A DNA stretch of 64,000 nucleotides from Amoebidium appalachense (GCA_963693365.1 CAVNZM010000004.1:10692468-10756467), one strand, 5' to 3'; counted from the stretch's first letter, positions 35,131 through 51,628 are shown. The notes: generated by a model from the letters alone, not told the origin. A program made the numbers and translations.

Positions 35131-37011
35131 TGGACTTGGGTGGGTCAGCCGGCTAGCCCGGGGACGGTGCCGCGCGTGCGCTCGGCCGGGAGTCCGCGCA
35201 GGCTGAGATCTAGCCGCTCTAATAAGTCTCGCCAATGCTTTTCAATCTAAAATATTGAGAACATCTTTAAAAAATAAAGAGCAATATGTGTTATTAAAAA
35301 AAAAGGTATTATTGGTTTGCACTGACTTCGAGACGCAACCTGGATGCAGGACTTCAGAGTCAGTGCCCGCAACAGAGTTGACGGTTGTTCGACCGTTATT
35401 TGTCCCCTTCATGCCGCATTCTGCCTGCGTTCTAGGGATCGGCAATATAACGAAGTCCTGTAGACCCTGTGATTGGTCTTTTTGACAATGAATCGAGAAG
35501 GTATGCACGCATACAACTCTTAATTGGTTTTTTTTAAAGTAAACGGTATACTTGGTCCTTATTAATTGCTGAAACCTTTACTCTTAAATAAAAAATTGCT
35601 GCTTATATCCGTGGTGTGCAAGCTTCAACATGGCAAACCTGCCTCAAAGTTTGGACAGCTGACGGTCCAGCACAATACAGTATCAATTAACTTTGTTTGT
35701 TTTGATTGTCTACAAATCATGTATTTATATTTTTTTACTCCTTCTGTTCCCGGGACCAATCAATCTTTTTCACCACAACACCATTTCAATACCAAATAAA
35801 GCAACAATATCCACACTTTGTAAAGCCACTCTTTCGTACTATTAATTTCTATTTTTACACTCCAATGCTCATTCTTAAAGCCATATAAAGAAATCTCCTT
35901 AGCTTTATAATCTTCCTATACTATAAATATGTTCAAGCTGGGTGTGTTTTACTTGGTCCATGTTTTCAGTCCAGAACATTTACCCCGCTCAACGGTCTGT
36001 CCAACCACAGAAAGGTAGCAAGACAGCAGGATTGCTTTAAACCAATCTAAATGCTTCGGACTCATATAACCCAATCAACAACTGTGTCTGCAATCTTTTG
36101 GCTTAAACCGGTGCAAGAGAAGTGCGTATGCGCTGCATTGCCCCCCTCACGGGCACTTCAACCCTCCTCCCCTTTGCATCGTTTTGCACGTTTCTGCCCC
36201 TTTTTACCCTCCGCCGGTTTTTTTGGCGGACCGGTTGAAACGCTTTCCGTTCGGGCACCACTGGCCCTCGCATGGTTTTTCAATTAGTAAATAGTTCTTT
36301 TTTCTAGGGTTATAAGAAGGGTTATTCTGCTTCTGTCTTTTTGGCACCTGTGACAGTTTGAACAGCGCGGCTTTTGTGGTGAGTTTTCCCTAGGGAACGA
36401 AATCGTGAGAACTCAGGGCTGGCTTGGCGACACAGGTCTACATAATGTGTTTTCTGTGCTTCAAAGACCTGTGTTTTTTGCTTTCGTTTTAACCTCTATG
36501 GCTATTCGGGTTTACAGTAGTACGCAGACGCATCGGAGACACTTTCTTGTCTCAGCAGTATATCCGTTATTACCTACATCTTTTTTTTGGACCCAGACAA
36601 ATGCAGTGCTGCCTATTATAGATTGCAACGTTTTAGAGTATTTCCTCTCTTTATGTGTGTGCCTTTTGCTGTAATGTGTGGTTCTCTCAGGTGCCCACCA
36701 CCTTATTGCGGTCGTTTGATCACTTTTGTTTTTAACTGCTTTGACATCCTTGGCATTCAACAAAGTGAGGTCCTATAAGTCATTCATTGGTCACTCACGT
36801 TTTGTGCCTCTGCAATGTGTAGTTTGATTTACGAGTACGGGTGCTCTTACAAAATGTTCCTATTTTAGGTTTTTTCTTTTTTTCTTTTTTCTTGCTCTCA
36901 GGAGTACCCTCTGGGTCACAAACACCTATTACAAGTATGGATATTTGTCCGCTAGTTCCCTTTAATTTAATAACCCTTCTCTTACCTGCAGCCGCACGTT
37001 TGTCCGTCAAG

Positions 37012-38309
37012 ATGATGCAACCACTGAACCCACCGGGGCTTGCTGCCCTGAGCACGGCCGCTCAACACACGTCACAGATGCTGGACGGTAGCATGGCGGG
37101 CCTGCAGGGTATGCCGTGGGGCCACCAAATGGCCCCTCCTATGCCCATGCAACACCAAATGCCCCCACAGATGCAGCAGCAGATGCAACAACAGATGCCC
37201 CCGCAGATGCACCAGATCCCACCCATGCAGCACGGGGTGGGTCACCCGCAGGTGCAGATGCAAATGCCAGCACACATGTTCCAGCACCAATCTCAGCTGG
37301 CAGGACTTCCTCCCCAGATGATGCGTCAAGAGGATATGCAACAGCTGCAGCGGCTACCCCAGCGTCTGCCGGGCATGCCCCCTTTTGGTGCCCCCTATCC
37401 GGATATGTTCCAGCACCGTGCACAGCACCCACTGCCTCCCGAGCTGCTGCATGGTGCTCCAAACGCAATGGGTGGCCGCGGTGGTACCAAGCAGGTTGGT
37501 TTTGAACCCCCCCTTCCCCCCCCCCCCCCCCCCTCCTCCGGGCACCCGGGGGCAGCAAGAAAGCGATCTGGTGGGCTGCTCGTATGTCCTTCTATGTATG
37601 CACACATCACATTTTTCTAATGTTTTCCAAGTATGCCGAGTCTTGCACCACGTACTAAAACTGCGCCCCCCCCCCTCCCCTCCCCCCCAACACACACACA
37701 CACCCCTGCAGGAGCAAGTGCTTGTGTGCCCGTACGGGTGCGGCAAGACCTTCAACTATGCCGTGGCACGCACCCTCCACATCCGCCAGACACACACCGG
37801 TGAGCGGCCCCACAAGTGCCCCTTCCCTGACTGCGGCAAGGCGTTCTATTCCAGCAACAGTCTGAAGAGCCACAAGCGCATCCACACGGGGGAGAGGCCC
37901 TTCCACTGTCCGTTTGACGGGTGTGAGAGCGCGTACAAGGAGCGCAGTGGGTTGAAGTATCACGTGCGTGCGGTGCACACGATGGATAGGCCGTATAAGT
38001 GCAACATTGACGGGTGTGAGAAGAGCTACATGACGCAGAGCGGGTTGGATGCGCACTTGCGCAAGCACGCCAAGCGCAAGGACAAGGAGATGAAGACGCT
38101 CAAGAGCAAGATGGACAAGCAGAAGAAGAAGATGGAGCAGCAGGAGGCACTGATCAGGCAGCTGCAGCAGAAGCTCAGGCACGGCGCTGGGTGTGTCTTT
38201 GGTTTGCGTGTGTGGGTGTGGGTGTGTGTTGTTGATGTTGGTGTTGGCGCTAAAAATGTCTTGTTTTTTTGTTTGTGTGGTTTTGGGTTTGGTTTTCCAA
38301 TGCATGTGC

Positions 38310-38351
<42 letters not shown>

Positions 38352-38581
38352 GTGTTTACGGTTTTTGTTTTGTTTTTTTTTGGGGGGGGGGGGGGGGGGG
38401 GGGGGGGGACGACGAAGTGTTGCACAAGCGGGTTAGTTTGAGGGAGTCTGCAGGATTTGCAAATGCATGTGCTAAGATATGGCACGAGTCTTGGTGAGAG
38501 CTACGACACTATTTCGTTGATGCAAACTGTACAAATGCTTTGTTTTTAACTTGACCACTCCTAACATGCTCTCTCTCTCGC

Positions 38582-38615
<34 letters not shown>

Positions 38616-39609
38616 ACCACACACATACACACACACACACACACATACACACACAACAGGGCATCTGTGCGTGACCACCTGAGTGACAGCGGCAGCAGCG
38701 CCAAGAAGCCCACCGTGCACTCATTCACCCAGGCAGTGGCTGCCCTGACCACTAACCACGCCATCTCAAGGAAGAGAGGGCCTGGCCGTCCTCGCAAGGT
38801 GGGCAGAGAGGACGGGAGAAGAAGGGGGGGACTGGTGGGGGATTTTGTGTGCGGGTTTTTTTTTTTGTGTGTGTGTGTGTGTGTGGTGTGGTGTGGTGTG
38901 TTTCGTAGCTGGCTCGATCAGTGTGATGGGTTGGCTGCGATCAGTCTATGCACCGTGTGTGCATTTTGTTTTGTGGGTGTGTATGTGTATGAGAAGCAGC
39001 GTGGAGCGACGTAACCATTTATGGCCAGCCATAAACACATGCATTCGATTAATTTCCGCTGCAACCAATCACTGGGGCTGTTGGAGACTCTTTTTGTGTG
39101 TATTTTGTTGTTAACTCAAGCACGTTTTGATGGTTGGGCTACGATCAGTCTATGCATCGTGTGCAAGTTTGTTTGTGGGTGCGTGTGAGAAGCAGCGCGA
39201 ATCGACGCAACCAACCATGGCCAGCCATAAATACCTTCATTCGTATAAATTACCGCGTTAACCAATCACTGACATATGTTAAATTTTTACCCGCAGGAGG
39301 ACAGCGACGAAGACGTACCCATTGCAGAGACGCTCAAACGTGCACGTACGAGCACACAGGAAGAAGAAGTGGAAGAGGAGGAGGAGGAAGAAGAAGAAGA
39401 GGAGGAGGGAGATGGGGATGGGTCGAGTAGCAGTGGGGATGAGCCCAAGAAGAGGGTCAAGTGGAGTGCGGATGTGGATGCTAAGCTGCAGCAGTTGATC
39501 AATTTCCATCAGAAGGATGTGAATTTCTTTGGCCCAGAGGATTGGGATCAGCTCAGGCAGAGCTGCAACCTGTTTAACCTGACGTGGAGACAGGTGCGTG
39601 TGATGGTGG

Positions 39610-39650
<41 letters not shown>

Positions 39651-39799
39651 TGAAGGCAGGGCTCTGTGCTTTGCGGGGCAGGGTGTAAGGGCTTGTGTGT
39701 ATGTGATTGGTTCTGAAGTTCGTGTGTAGTTTTGAGAGGGGGGGGGGGGGGGGGGGTACACGAAGAACTTTGCTCCATAGCTTTTCGGCATGCTTGCAT

Positions 39800-39837
<38 letters not shown>

Positions 39838-40281
39838 CCCCTGATTGTTGCATAAATGCATTTCGTTTCTGTCTGTTACTCTCTGCACATCGGCATGCCG
39901 GTCATCAGCTGCATGCTTTCTTTATACTTGCATTTTAGTTTCTAATCACCACCACCCTCGCCACACACACACACACACACACTTTAGGTTCAGCAACATG
40001 TCAAGTACAAGAAAATGACACGTCAGACCCCCGGCATGGCTTCAGCACCCACCACCGACACCAACCTCTACGATGGGAATATGGCCCTGGAGGGTTATGA
40101 TATGGGGGGTGCATTCGACAACGAAGAAGAGGGGGAGGAAGAGGAAGAGGGTGGCGACGGGGAGGGGGATGGGGAGGATTTCAACACCAACTATGTGTAT
40201 GGGGAAGAGGTGGGTGGGTTGGAGGGGGACGGAGAGGGGGAGGAGGGTGAAGGTGCAAATGATGACCCAGACCAGGAATAG
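37012..40281 (+). CDS. Transcription factor: Q/M/P-rich N-terminus, 4 C2H2 zinc fingers, coiled coil, AT-hook, acidic tract, Myb/GARP-like domain; ~563 aa, 5 exons
   Basis: Exons 37012-37494, 37712-38190, 38660-38798, 39297-39593, 39988-40281, in phase. Fingers have HTGERP linkers. AT-hook KRGPGRPRK. Myb-like RVKWSADVDAKLQQLI...DWDQL...LTWRQVQQHVKYKK. An acceptor at 36991 suggests an upstream exon. Confidence 0.88.
38933..39272 (+). repeat. Diverged ~140-bp direct duplication in zinc-finger gene intron 3
   Basis: cgatcagtctatgca...gagaagcagcg...atggccagccataaa...aaccaatcactg occurs at about 38933-39073 and 39137-39272. Confidence 0.8.
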
Positions 40282-40396
40282 AGATGTTCTACTGAGTAGA
40301 TTTGTGAGCAGGGGGGTGGTGGTTAAAATGGCATACACCTCGGTGTGTGTGTGTGTGTGGATGCCTTTTTGGATTCCCGGTGGCCATGTTTGCCCG

Positions 40397-40437
<41 letters not shown>

Positions 40438-41110
40438 CTCAAGCTGTAAAACGTCTGGGTGTTGTGCATGTGGTTTCCTGTGTCCTTTTGTTGATCTGTG
40501 GTTTCTGCTGGGTCGATCGAGATTTTGCCTTTGTCAGTGTGAGCAAGACGAGGGATTGATGGTTGTTGGGGCTCGATGATATTTGCAGTTGAGATGTTCG
40601 TTTATTTATATGGGTTTACACACTATTTATTGCTGTGGACACTGTCGGGGGCCCAGCCTCACTCGACGGCCTACTGCGTCTTCCAGCGCAGCCAATCAAA
40701 TGCAGCTAGAGACATATGTACATGCTAAGCAACATTTAGCGCCATCTTAGTAGATGACAACCTATTACCACATATTATTTATATGCTTTATCTCTTAGGT
40801 TGAGGTAATAATAAAGCGTTAGCTGCAATGTGTTGTGTCATGTTGCCCAAATATGGTTATTTATAGTCGCCTTCTGTTTATTAATTATCTTCTTGGCTAG
40901 TACTGCATGCAATATAAATTATCTCGTTGTCTAATATTAGCAACACTGTAAGTGTATCCACATTTGGTGCTTTGTCAAAGCGCAGGCCCTATTTTTATGG
41001 TGGTGTGTCTTTCGACACGCACATCAGGAGCAGGGAATAAAGGTATTTTGAAAAACCTTGTTGACCTGACAATGTGTGCCTGTGTTTCCCCCCCCCCCCC
41101 CCTGCCCGCA

Positions 41111-41168
41111 CGGAATGGGTCGAAACCCGGGTATACGTACTCAGTGGATGACTTGGGCCCACCTGAGG
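41111..41168 (+). repeat. Partial copy of the structured short repeat family
   Basis: gggtcgaaacccgggta...tggatgacttgggcccacctgagg matches the reverse complement of 43938-43982. Confidence 0.7.
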
Positions 41169-41593
41169 CCTGAGGGATGTGTTTTTGTTTATGAAGAATA
41201 CTCATTGTGTGGTTTGCCCTCTGTCTTTCTTTGTCCGTTAGGAATATGTACTTCTTCATCGTATGCAAACACATTCTACCCCCCCCCCTCCTCTCCCCAC
41301 ACACCAAGAAAAAGAAACTTACGCATGCATACGGCTCGGGTTCGGCATGCATGCATGATAGCATTGATAGGCCGAGAGGCAGCTCCGGATCGAGGATCCA
41401 ATTTTATATCTATACCATTGCTATTTATGGCAGAAACAATTTATATGTTCTGTTACAGTTGAAGGTTCACAGGTTTTGCGTTTACATGCTTACATTCATG
41501 ATAAATAATTTGCCATTTATATCCTGACTCGTTGGCCCCGATAATTATACGCAACGTTAAGATTTTTAAAAAAAAGCCCAACACTGTTCGTGT

Positions 41594-41659
<66 letters not shown>

Positions 41660-42073
41660 GGGGGCCCCTCCCTCTCTAGAGCTCCCACCCCACCTCCCTA
41701 CAAACAGGCAGTGTTCCCGTGCACACACAAACAAGTCAGTCCTGTTATGAGACGAAAATTAAAAGAGCGGCACAAGATTTAACGTGCATTCCGACATTCA
41801 AAGAGCATGGGCATTCGCATACATCTGCTGTGTGTGTGTGCACGCGCATGCACACGCGTGTGTGTAGAGGGGTCTTCGCGTATGTCCGTTTGAACAAGAA
41901 CAAAGTGTTTGACTCTACAACGGCACGTCTATCTACATCGCTCCCACTATACGTGGAAACCACTTTGCTGACAAACCAACAAACACAAAAAAGTGAAACA
42001 GCCCATCCACCAAAAAAGAGCAAATCCGTCCTTGATGCCTTTCCATGAGCCAGCCAAACTTCCATCCATGTCC

Positions 42074-42111
<38 letters not shown>

Positions 42112-42185
42112 ACACCCTCCAGCGCCAAAAAATAAAACCAAAAAATAGAAATAAAAAAAATAAAAAAAATAAAAAATAAAAAGCC

Positions 42186-43042
42186 CTAGACCTCATTCAA
42201 CAGGGCAGGCATTGCATCTCTCAACCCCCGTCTAGACACATAAAATGCCACGTCATTTACCTCAGAATCGCTGTAGTCCGATTGGTCGCTGACACTGACC
42301 AATGGTGGGGGTCCGTCATCCTCGCTGCACCCATCCCCCGCCTGGCCTGCCCCGTCCCCCTCCGTGTTCCCACCCCCACCCCGCCGCCCGTAGGGGCCCC
42401 TCCCCCTCCGCGTATAGTACTCGTCATCAGACAAATCTGTATCAGATGCAGTTACCAAATCGGGAAGGTCATCTTCTATCCCTAGCAACTGCCCAACCAA
42501 TCCCCTCTGAGGCATCAAAACGGGCGGCCGGCCCAACCCCACCTGCACCCCATGCCGAAAATACAACCGGAGGGGTTCATGATGCAAGGTTACCGGCCTT
42601 AGGGGGTTTACTGGCTGGAGCAGCCGTGGCGGGGGGTCTCTATTAACTTCCACTCGAACTTCAGGTCTCGCTGGGTGTGGGGCAAGGCCCCAAGGCGGGA
42701 GTCTCAGCGGGTCGTCTATTCGTCCCTGGGGCATTATCAATACTCGAAAAAACCCTCTGCCGTCTCCCTCCTCTCCCTCCCGGTTGGCCCCCTGCTGGGC
42801 AGGCCGGGGGGGTTCTTGCAACCACGGTGCCTCATCCTCGCTATCATCTTCAGACCCCCCCTCCTCCTCATGTTCATCTTCGTAGTCGTAAAAGTCGTCG
42901 TCTGAAATTTCGACTACGAGCGGGGGCAGGTCCCATACGCCATTTGCAGGGAAAAGTCCAAATTCGTGCTCCTCCAATGCACCCCAAATGCTCTCGGGCC
43001 CACCGAACCTCTGCCGGTGGCAGATGTTCGGTGGCATTGCGC

Positions 43043-43043
<1 letters not shown>
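42186..43043 (-). CDS. Orphan acidic/disordered ORF (283 aa from ATG 43037), possibly a terminal exon
   Basis: Long non-repetitive ORF preceded by an in-frame (CA)n-CAG acceptor at 43044-43045. Repeated DLPPLV, DLPDLV, PPPLV and MPALL motifs, the first three followed by xxSD. Confidence 0.55.
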
Positions 43044-43079
<36 letters not shown>

Positions 43080-43080
43080 A

Positions 43081-45385
<2,305 letters not shown>

Positions 45386-46032
45386 GGGGGCAGGAGGGGG
45401 AGGGGGGGGGAGGGGGGGGGGCAGCTGGGGGGTTATATGCATTAAGCTATGCGGCTGGGAAGGGCAGGGGAAGTGGGAATCTGCATGCAGCAGAGTGCTT
45501 GATAGGTGCTCGGCACTATGCTAGAGATGGGCTTGTGGTGGTGGTCATGACAGTGTGAAAAGTGATGCGGTAGCCAGGGATGGTGAGAGGGGGAGGGGGA
45601 GAAAGTGATGAGATGGTAGATGCTATGGCAGAGGTGACAGAATGCGAAACATGGTCAGGTATAAGTACATATTTTGATATACAAATACAAAGGCATATGC
45701 AAGCAATTTTGTGAGTGTGGAAATGTTGCCTGAAGAGTGTCCGTACTCGAGCCTCGAGTCTCTTCTCTCCTCCTACTCGGTTTTTTTGCTCCTTGAATTC
45801 CCTCTCAGAGTTATTTTGTTTCGCACAGTAGCAGAGCCAAAGAAAGCGTGTTGTTTGGGTGCCACATCACACATGGAATTTACACATGGAAAAGATAAAG
45901 GGCGAGAAACAATGCGGAGCGTTCGACTGCAGCAAACCATAACTTAGCATGTTGGTATATATGGACGAGCAGAGAAAAGAAGAAAGGGGGAGGGGGGGGG
46001 GGGGGAGGGGGGGGGGGGGGGGGGGGGGGGGG

Positions 46033-47650
46033 CACCTACGAAAACACAATGGGTTTGCCGTCTATATTAGTTGCTCAACAAATGTGTGTAGTTAAACAAA
46101 AGAATGTGCCTTTGCATGTGGAGATTGCATTGCCAAAAGAGTGGAGGAGGTATATACGTGGGCGAACCAGTGTGCGATCTCCTTCTAAATTGAACACTGA
46201 ACTGAACACTATCCCGTATTAGTCTTCCTCGGAGGCGCCCTGTATACGTGTGTGCAGTTCAGGGCATTAAACACTTAGTACTCTGGGTTTCTTGATGGTG
46301 CAATCCTACCAACAGAATCTGTGCGCATAGAAGTGTGCTTCTATGTCGTCAAATAGCCTCTTGATCTATAAATCCTCAAATGGTTTTCAGGCCAGGTAAG
46401 TCGTTACCCTCAGCTACAACACTTGTTTCGAAATTTAAATGGACCTTGTGAGTCCGAGTCGTGACCCTGTGTTTCTCACAAGAAGGCCTTGGTTTCTCAC
46501 CGGCCGGGATATGACGTAAATTACGTAATGGATTCTAGCCAATCAAATCAAACAAAGGCTAGCTTAATAAGCTTATTTTTTTCCTTTTGACTGGATTTAT
46601 AGGAGAAATGTATCCTGCCAAAACTGCCAAAAAGCGATAATGATCAGTACGGTGTTGCCTAACTGAGGTACATAACACATGCCGACTGAGTTTTACCTTT
46701 GATTTCTCTATCAGAACGAGAAAGAAACTTATACTGCGTATAGTAATAACGCGAAAAGGCAGAAAAAACAGGAAGAGAAAAGAAAGAGGGAGTGAGATAG
46801 CGAGAGGAAGAATCAGGTTGAAAGAGGATAGGCTGAGGACATTCAGAAGTAGCGTTGGTGAATCGGGGGGGAAGAGGGATGGAGGGAGGGGGGGGAAAGA
46901 AAGCATAAAGAGGGTGACCATCAGGTATCCTAACTAAATGAAAACAAAAACGAACAGACAATTCCTCCATACGACAAACAGCAGACGACAATCCAAACAT
47001 ACTGATTAAGGGAGGCACAAATTGAGTACGAAACAAAGTGCGCAGCGCAGTACCCTGAAAATCGTCGAACTCTTTCAGCGCCACGGCCGCCTTGCGAGGT
47101 GGGGCGCAGGCCAAAAGCGGAAGTCCATATTCGAAAGTCGGCCGTAACTTTAATAAGAAAGTTTTATAGTAGAGAAGAAGGTATGCAGGATGGATCACAG
47201 ACTCCCGTTGAAACATCATAGTATTTGACACGATGTGAAGCTTACCCTTCGCACGAGCGATCCGTGCCGTGAGGAGCTTGCGGAAATCAATCAATACCCC
47301 GTGCAGTAAAAGGAATACCCAAATAGTCATAGGTGTTCTGAACAGGAATAGGCAGACCGGCCAATCGAAAGGAAGCGTTTTTCGAAAAAGTAGCACCTAA
47401 TTGCACTTCCGGTTGTCATAAGATTCTCGGTGCACCATTGATCCACCTGACGAAGCATCTGGTGCATGACATCTTCGGTTAAGGAACAAAGAACAACATC
47501 GTCCGCAAAAAGGAGACCCGGTACACGGCGGGTATGTAGTTGGCCAAAGGGTTCGAGGGCGCAGGCTAAATCGTCGATGAAAACGTCAAACAACAACGGA
47601 CTCAGGAGGGACACCTGCAGAAGACCCCGAGAACGAGAAAAACCGGGCGT
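46033..47650 (-). mobile_element. 5'-truncated, decayed non-LTR retrotransposon (RT and downstream region), related to the element at 1-2940
   Basis: GFSRSRGLLQVSLLSPLLFDVFIDDL, LLFADD, YKTF..LRPTFEYGLPLL. These match the first LINE's GFARTRGLLQGSLLSP and ACEYGLPLL. The 3' boundary is approximate. Confidence 0.85.
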
Positions 47651-47871
47651 TAATGTTCCAAGCTTATTTATGAGCTGTCTGCTTTCACCGCTTTTTCTGA
47701 GCCTCATCAAATACTGTTGCTGTGCACCCACATTCACATGTAAAGAACTAATTACAAAAAGAAAAGCACGCTTATCAACCCGTCTCTCATACTTGGAGTT
47801 ATTACTAGTCACACCAACTTGTCTGTTTATAGTGGCTTGTGGTAGCCGTATTAATTCATAAGGACAGGCTT

Positions 47872-47943
<72 letters not shown>

Positions 47944-48041
47944 GTCACACCACCACCACCACCACCACCCCCACCACCTAACACACACACACACACACAC
48001 ACCGTCACACCACCACCACCACCACCACCCCCACCACCCCT

Positions 48042-48076
<35 letters not shown>

Positions 48077-48795
48077 ACCACCACCACCACCACCACCACC
48101 ACGTCGGACACAACCATCCCCCCCTCACTATGAAAAAAAATGAGGGAGCGCTGTAGTCATCATCATGATGATGATGGCTGTTTCTGTTTTTCATTTTCTG
48201 TCTATCAATTTGCTCTTTTTTTTTGTTTTATGATTGGCCAAGGGAAGGAGGCCGGTCCGTTAGCAAGGATCAATATTCTTGAATTATGCAGACTGGGTGA
48301 AGAAAGCAACATGCCCGCGCATAATGAGATGGGGTTGAAACACGAATATGGGCATAAGAGTGGGATGATTGGGTGCACTTGGGGTCGAGATGAGCTATAA
48401 TTAGCTATGCAGTGTGTCTATATGAGCGCAAAAACTTGATGGTACAGTGGTGGTGGTGGTGGTGGTGGTTGGTTGGTCGGTTGGTTGGGTGGTTGGTGTG
48501 TGTGTGTGGAGGGTGGGGGGAGGAGGAGGCATTTATCACTGGCAGAAGGTATGCATGTGTTCTTGTGTGTGTCTACTGTACTTGCCTCGCCCTAAGAAAA
48601 TGTGCTTTTTAAAACTACGTGCTTACTATGTAGTACTCGACCCCGTATTGTGCTTTTGTGTACTGTAACATACGTTTGTCGTGTTCTGCAATTTTGCATA
48701 TTTGGATATGATTCGTTAGTGTGTGTGTGTGTGCGCGCGCGCGCCTGTGTGTGTGTGTTTTGAGTGGCACTCATTTGTGGTTGTGGTGGTACTGA

Positions 48796-48836
<41 letters not shown>

Positions 48837-49268
48837 GAAGGACATGTATCTTCGAGTCGGCGTATTTGTTTGTGTACCAAAATGTATTGACTAAAGGCTC
48901 ACCGGGCACATCCCAGCGGCATAAAATACGGAGGGGAGACAGGGTCATTCTTGATGGTGTTGGGATTAAAGGGAGACTAGAGATGTGGTGTTTACACTTA
49001 ACACCATATATAGCACAATGCCGCTAAAAAAACACGCAAAGCGGATAATAAAAGCGCAGCATGTGCTGGCTTGTGAGGGCATATTTGGCCCACAACAATC
49101 CACCCTTACAAGAGGCCCGCCCTATCAGCTATACAGACCGAGACACAAGTTTGGCAGATATAAACAATATACAGCTAGCAACCATTATGCATCCATCCAC
49201 TCAACAGCACATAACGGTCTACACCTATCGTCACCAAAAAAGGTTTACAAAAGCTCAAGGTGATTGGC

Positions 49269-50389
49269 TTACAGCTTGACCATGACAGTCTTGGTCTCGG
49301 TGTAGTTGGCCAGAGACTCCTCGCCCTTCTCACGGCCGATACCGCTCTGCTTCATGCCACCGAATGGAGCAGCAACGTGGTAGTTGTGGTAGCCGTTGAC
49401 CCACACGGTGCCGCTGCGCACCTGAGCGGCAATTTGATGTGCCTTGCTAATGTCCCGGGTGAACACGGCGGCACCCAGACCGTACAAAGTAAGATTCGCC
49501 TTGTGCACAACCTGTGAAAGGTGAAATCTGGTTAGAAATGGGCTAAAATGTGTGTGCAGGATGGTTGGGGTCAAAAATACGCTGGGATTTACAAAAGTGG
49601 TGGGGGGGGGGAAAAGGAACGAGTTGTAACGGCAGCGCAGCACTGGGGGGTATGGGGGGGAAGCAGGGGGGGAGGGGGGGGGGGAGAAGAAGACGAACTG
49701 GCCCTTCGTCAGTTCACTAGCGTGCAAGTGCGTTGACCGTGTTCCTTGTGCTGCATGTGAATTCCACATTATGGAAAAGAACACAGCTCAGGGGGGGGGG
49801 GGATACACGGGAGGAATAAATACCTCATCCACGGTCTTGAAGGGAATGATAGACAGGACGGGCCCGAAGATCTCCTCCTGGAAGATCTTGTGGTTCTCGT
49901 TCACATCCTTGAAGATGGTGGGCTGAATGAAATAACCCTCCTTGCTGGCCGGTGCACCGCCCGTCACCAAGGTTGCACCCTCGGACTTACCACTCTCAAT
50001 GAACCCGAGAATCTTCTGAAACTGCTCGTCACTGACCTGGGCACCCATATTCGTAGCAGAGTCGAACGGGTTGCCGACCTTGATGTCCTTGGCCTTGGCT
50101 GCAAGGGTGTTCACCACCTGGTCGTAGACTTCCTCCTGGACAAACATGCGGCTACCGGCAGTGCACACCTCGCCCTGGTTAAAGAAAATGGCCATCTTGC
50201 CCCACTCGATGGCGGCGTCAATATCGGCGTCCTTAAAGATAATGTTGGGGGACTTGCCGCCCAGCTCGAGCGTGCAGCGCTTAAGGTTGGAGTCTCCCGC
50301 CAGTCTCTGTGGGCGGAGCGGGTGAGCACAAGCGCGTGGATTCGTCGATTGCCTAGGCACAAAAAGGGTACATTTTTCTGTTTTTTTTT

Positions 50390-50420
<31 letters not shown>

Positions 50421-50980
50421 GGAAGAAGGGGGGGGGGGGGGGGGGGGGGGGGAGACCATAGTATCCGATACGCCTGATGTTATGACTGGGGATGGCCTAG
50501 GCAAGATCTCCTGCCGAGGATTATACTACGAGTACACACCTGCACGATCTTGCCGGTCTCCACGCTGCCGGTGAAAGCCACCTTGTCGACATCCATGTGG
50601 CTGGCAATGGCCGCACCGGCAGTGGGACCGTAGCCGGGGATAATGTTGACCACACCGGGGGGGAAACCGGCCTGGCGAATCAGATCACCGAGAAGAAGGG
50701 CTGCATGGGTGAGGTGTGGTCAGTGTTGCCGTATGGTGGCAAGGGGCAGAGGCAAGGGGTCAACCATGAGGGCAATTTTGATGCGCGGGGGGAGGGGGGA
50801 GGGGGGAGGGGGGAGGGGGAGGGGAGGGTTGCATGAGGCAGGGTTACACCTCCATTGAGAAGGAATAAACAGATTGGCTGCATGCTTAACAATGTGTGTG
50901 TTGGGGGGTGGGGGCCTGCATGCCGAGCGATGCGCGCGTGTGTGTGTGTGTTTTTCTTTTTTCTTTTTCTTCCTTTTTTT

Positions 50981-51017
<37 letters not shown>

Positions 51018-51597
51018 GGGGACGGGACGTGCAGGCAACACATTCCTATGGAGTTAAAGGCACAGGGAGGGGAGAGGGGGAAGGAGGGAGGTGGGGGGGG
51101 GGGGGGGGGGGGACAGGGTCCGAGCGATGCGCGCGAGTGTGTGTGTGTGTTTTTCTTTTTTCTTTTTCTTCCTTTTTTTTTTTTTGGGGGGGGGGGGGGG
51201 GGGGGAGGGGACGGGACGTGCAGGCAACACATTCCTATGGAGTTAAAGGCACAGGGAGGGGAGAGGGGGAAGGAGGGAGGTGGGGGGGAGGGGGGGGACA
51301 GGGTGTTCAGGGGGATGCAGGGGGCCCCGGGGGGGGGGGGGGGGGGATACCGGTGAGGGGAGTCTGCTCTGCAGGCTTGAGCACGATGGTGTTGCCTGTG
51401 CACAGGGCGGGGCCCAACTTCCATGCGGCCATCAGCAGGGGGAAGTTCCAGGGGATGATCTGGCCAACCACACCCACGGGCTCACGCAGAGTGTACACGA
51501 ACCAGCCGTCCTCGGTGGGGATGGTCTGACCATGGATCTTGTCTGCCCACCCGGCATAGTAGCGCAGGCACTGTGTGCGTGCGTGTGTGTGTGTGTG

Positions 51598-51628
<31 letters not shown>

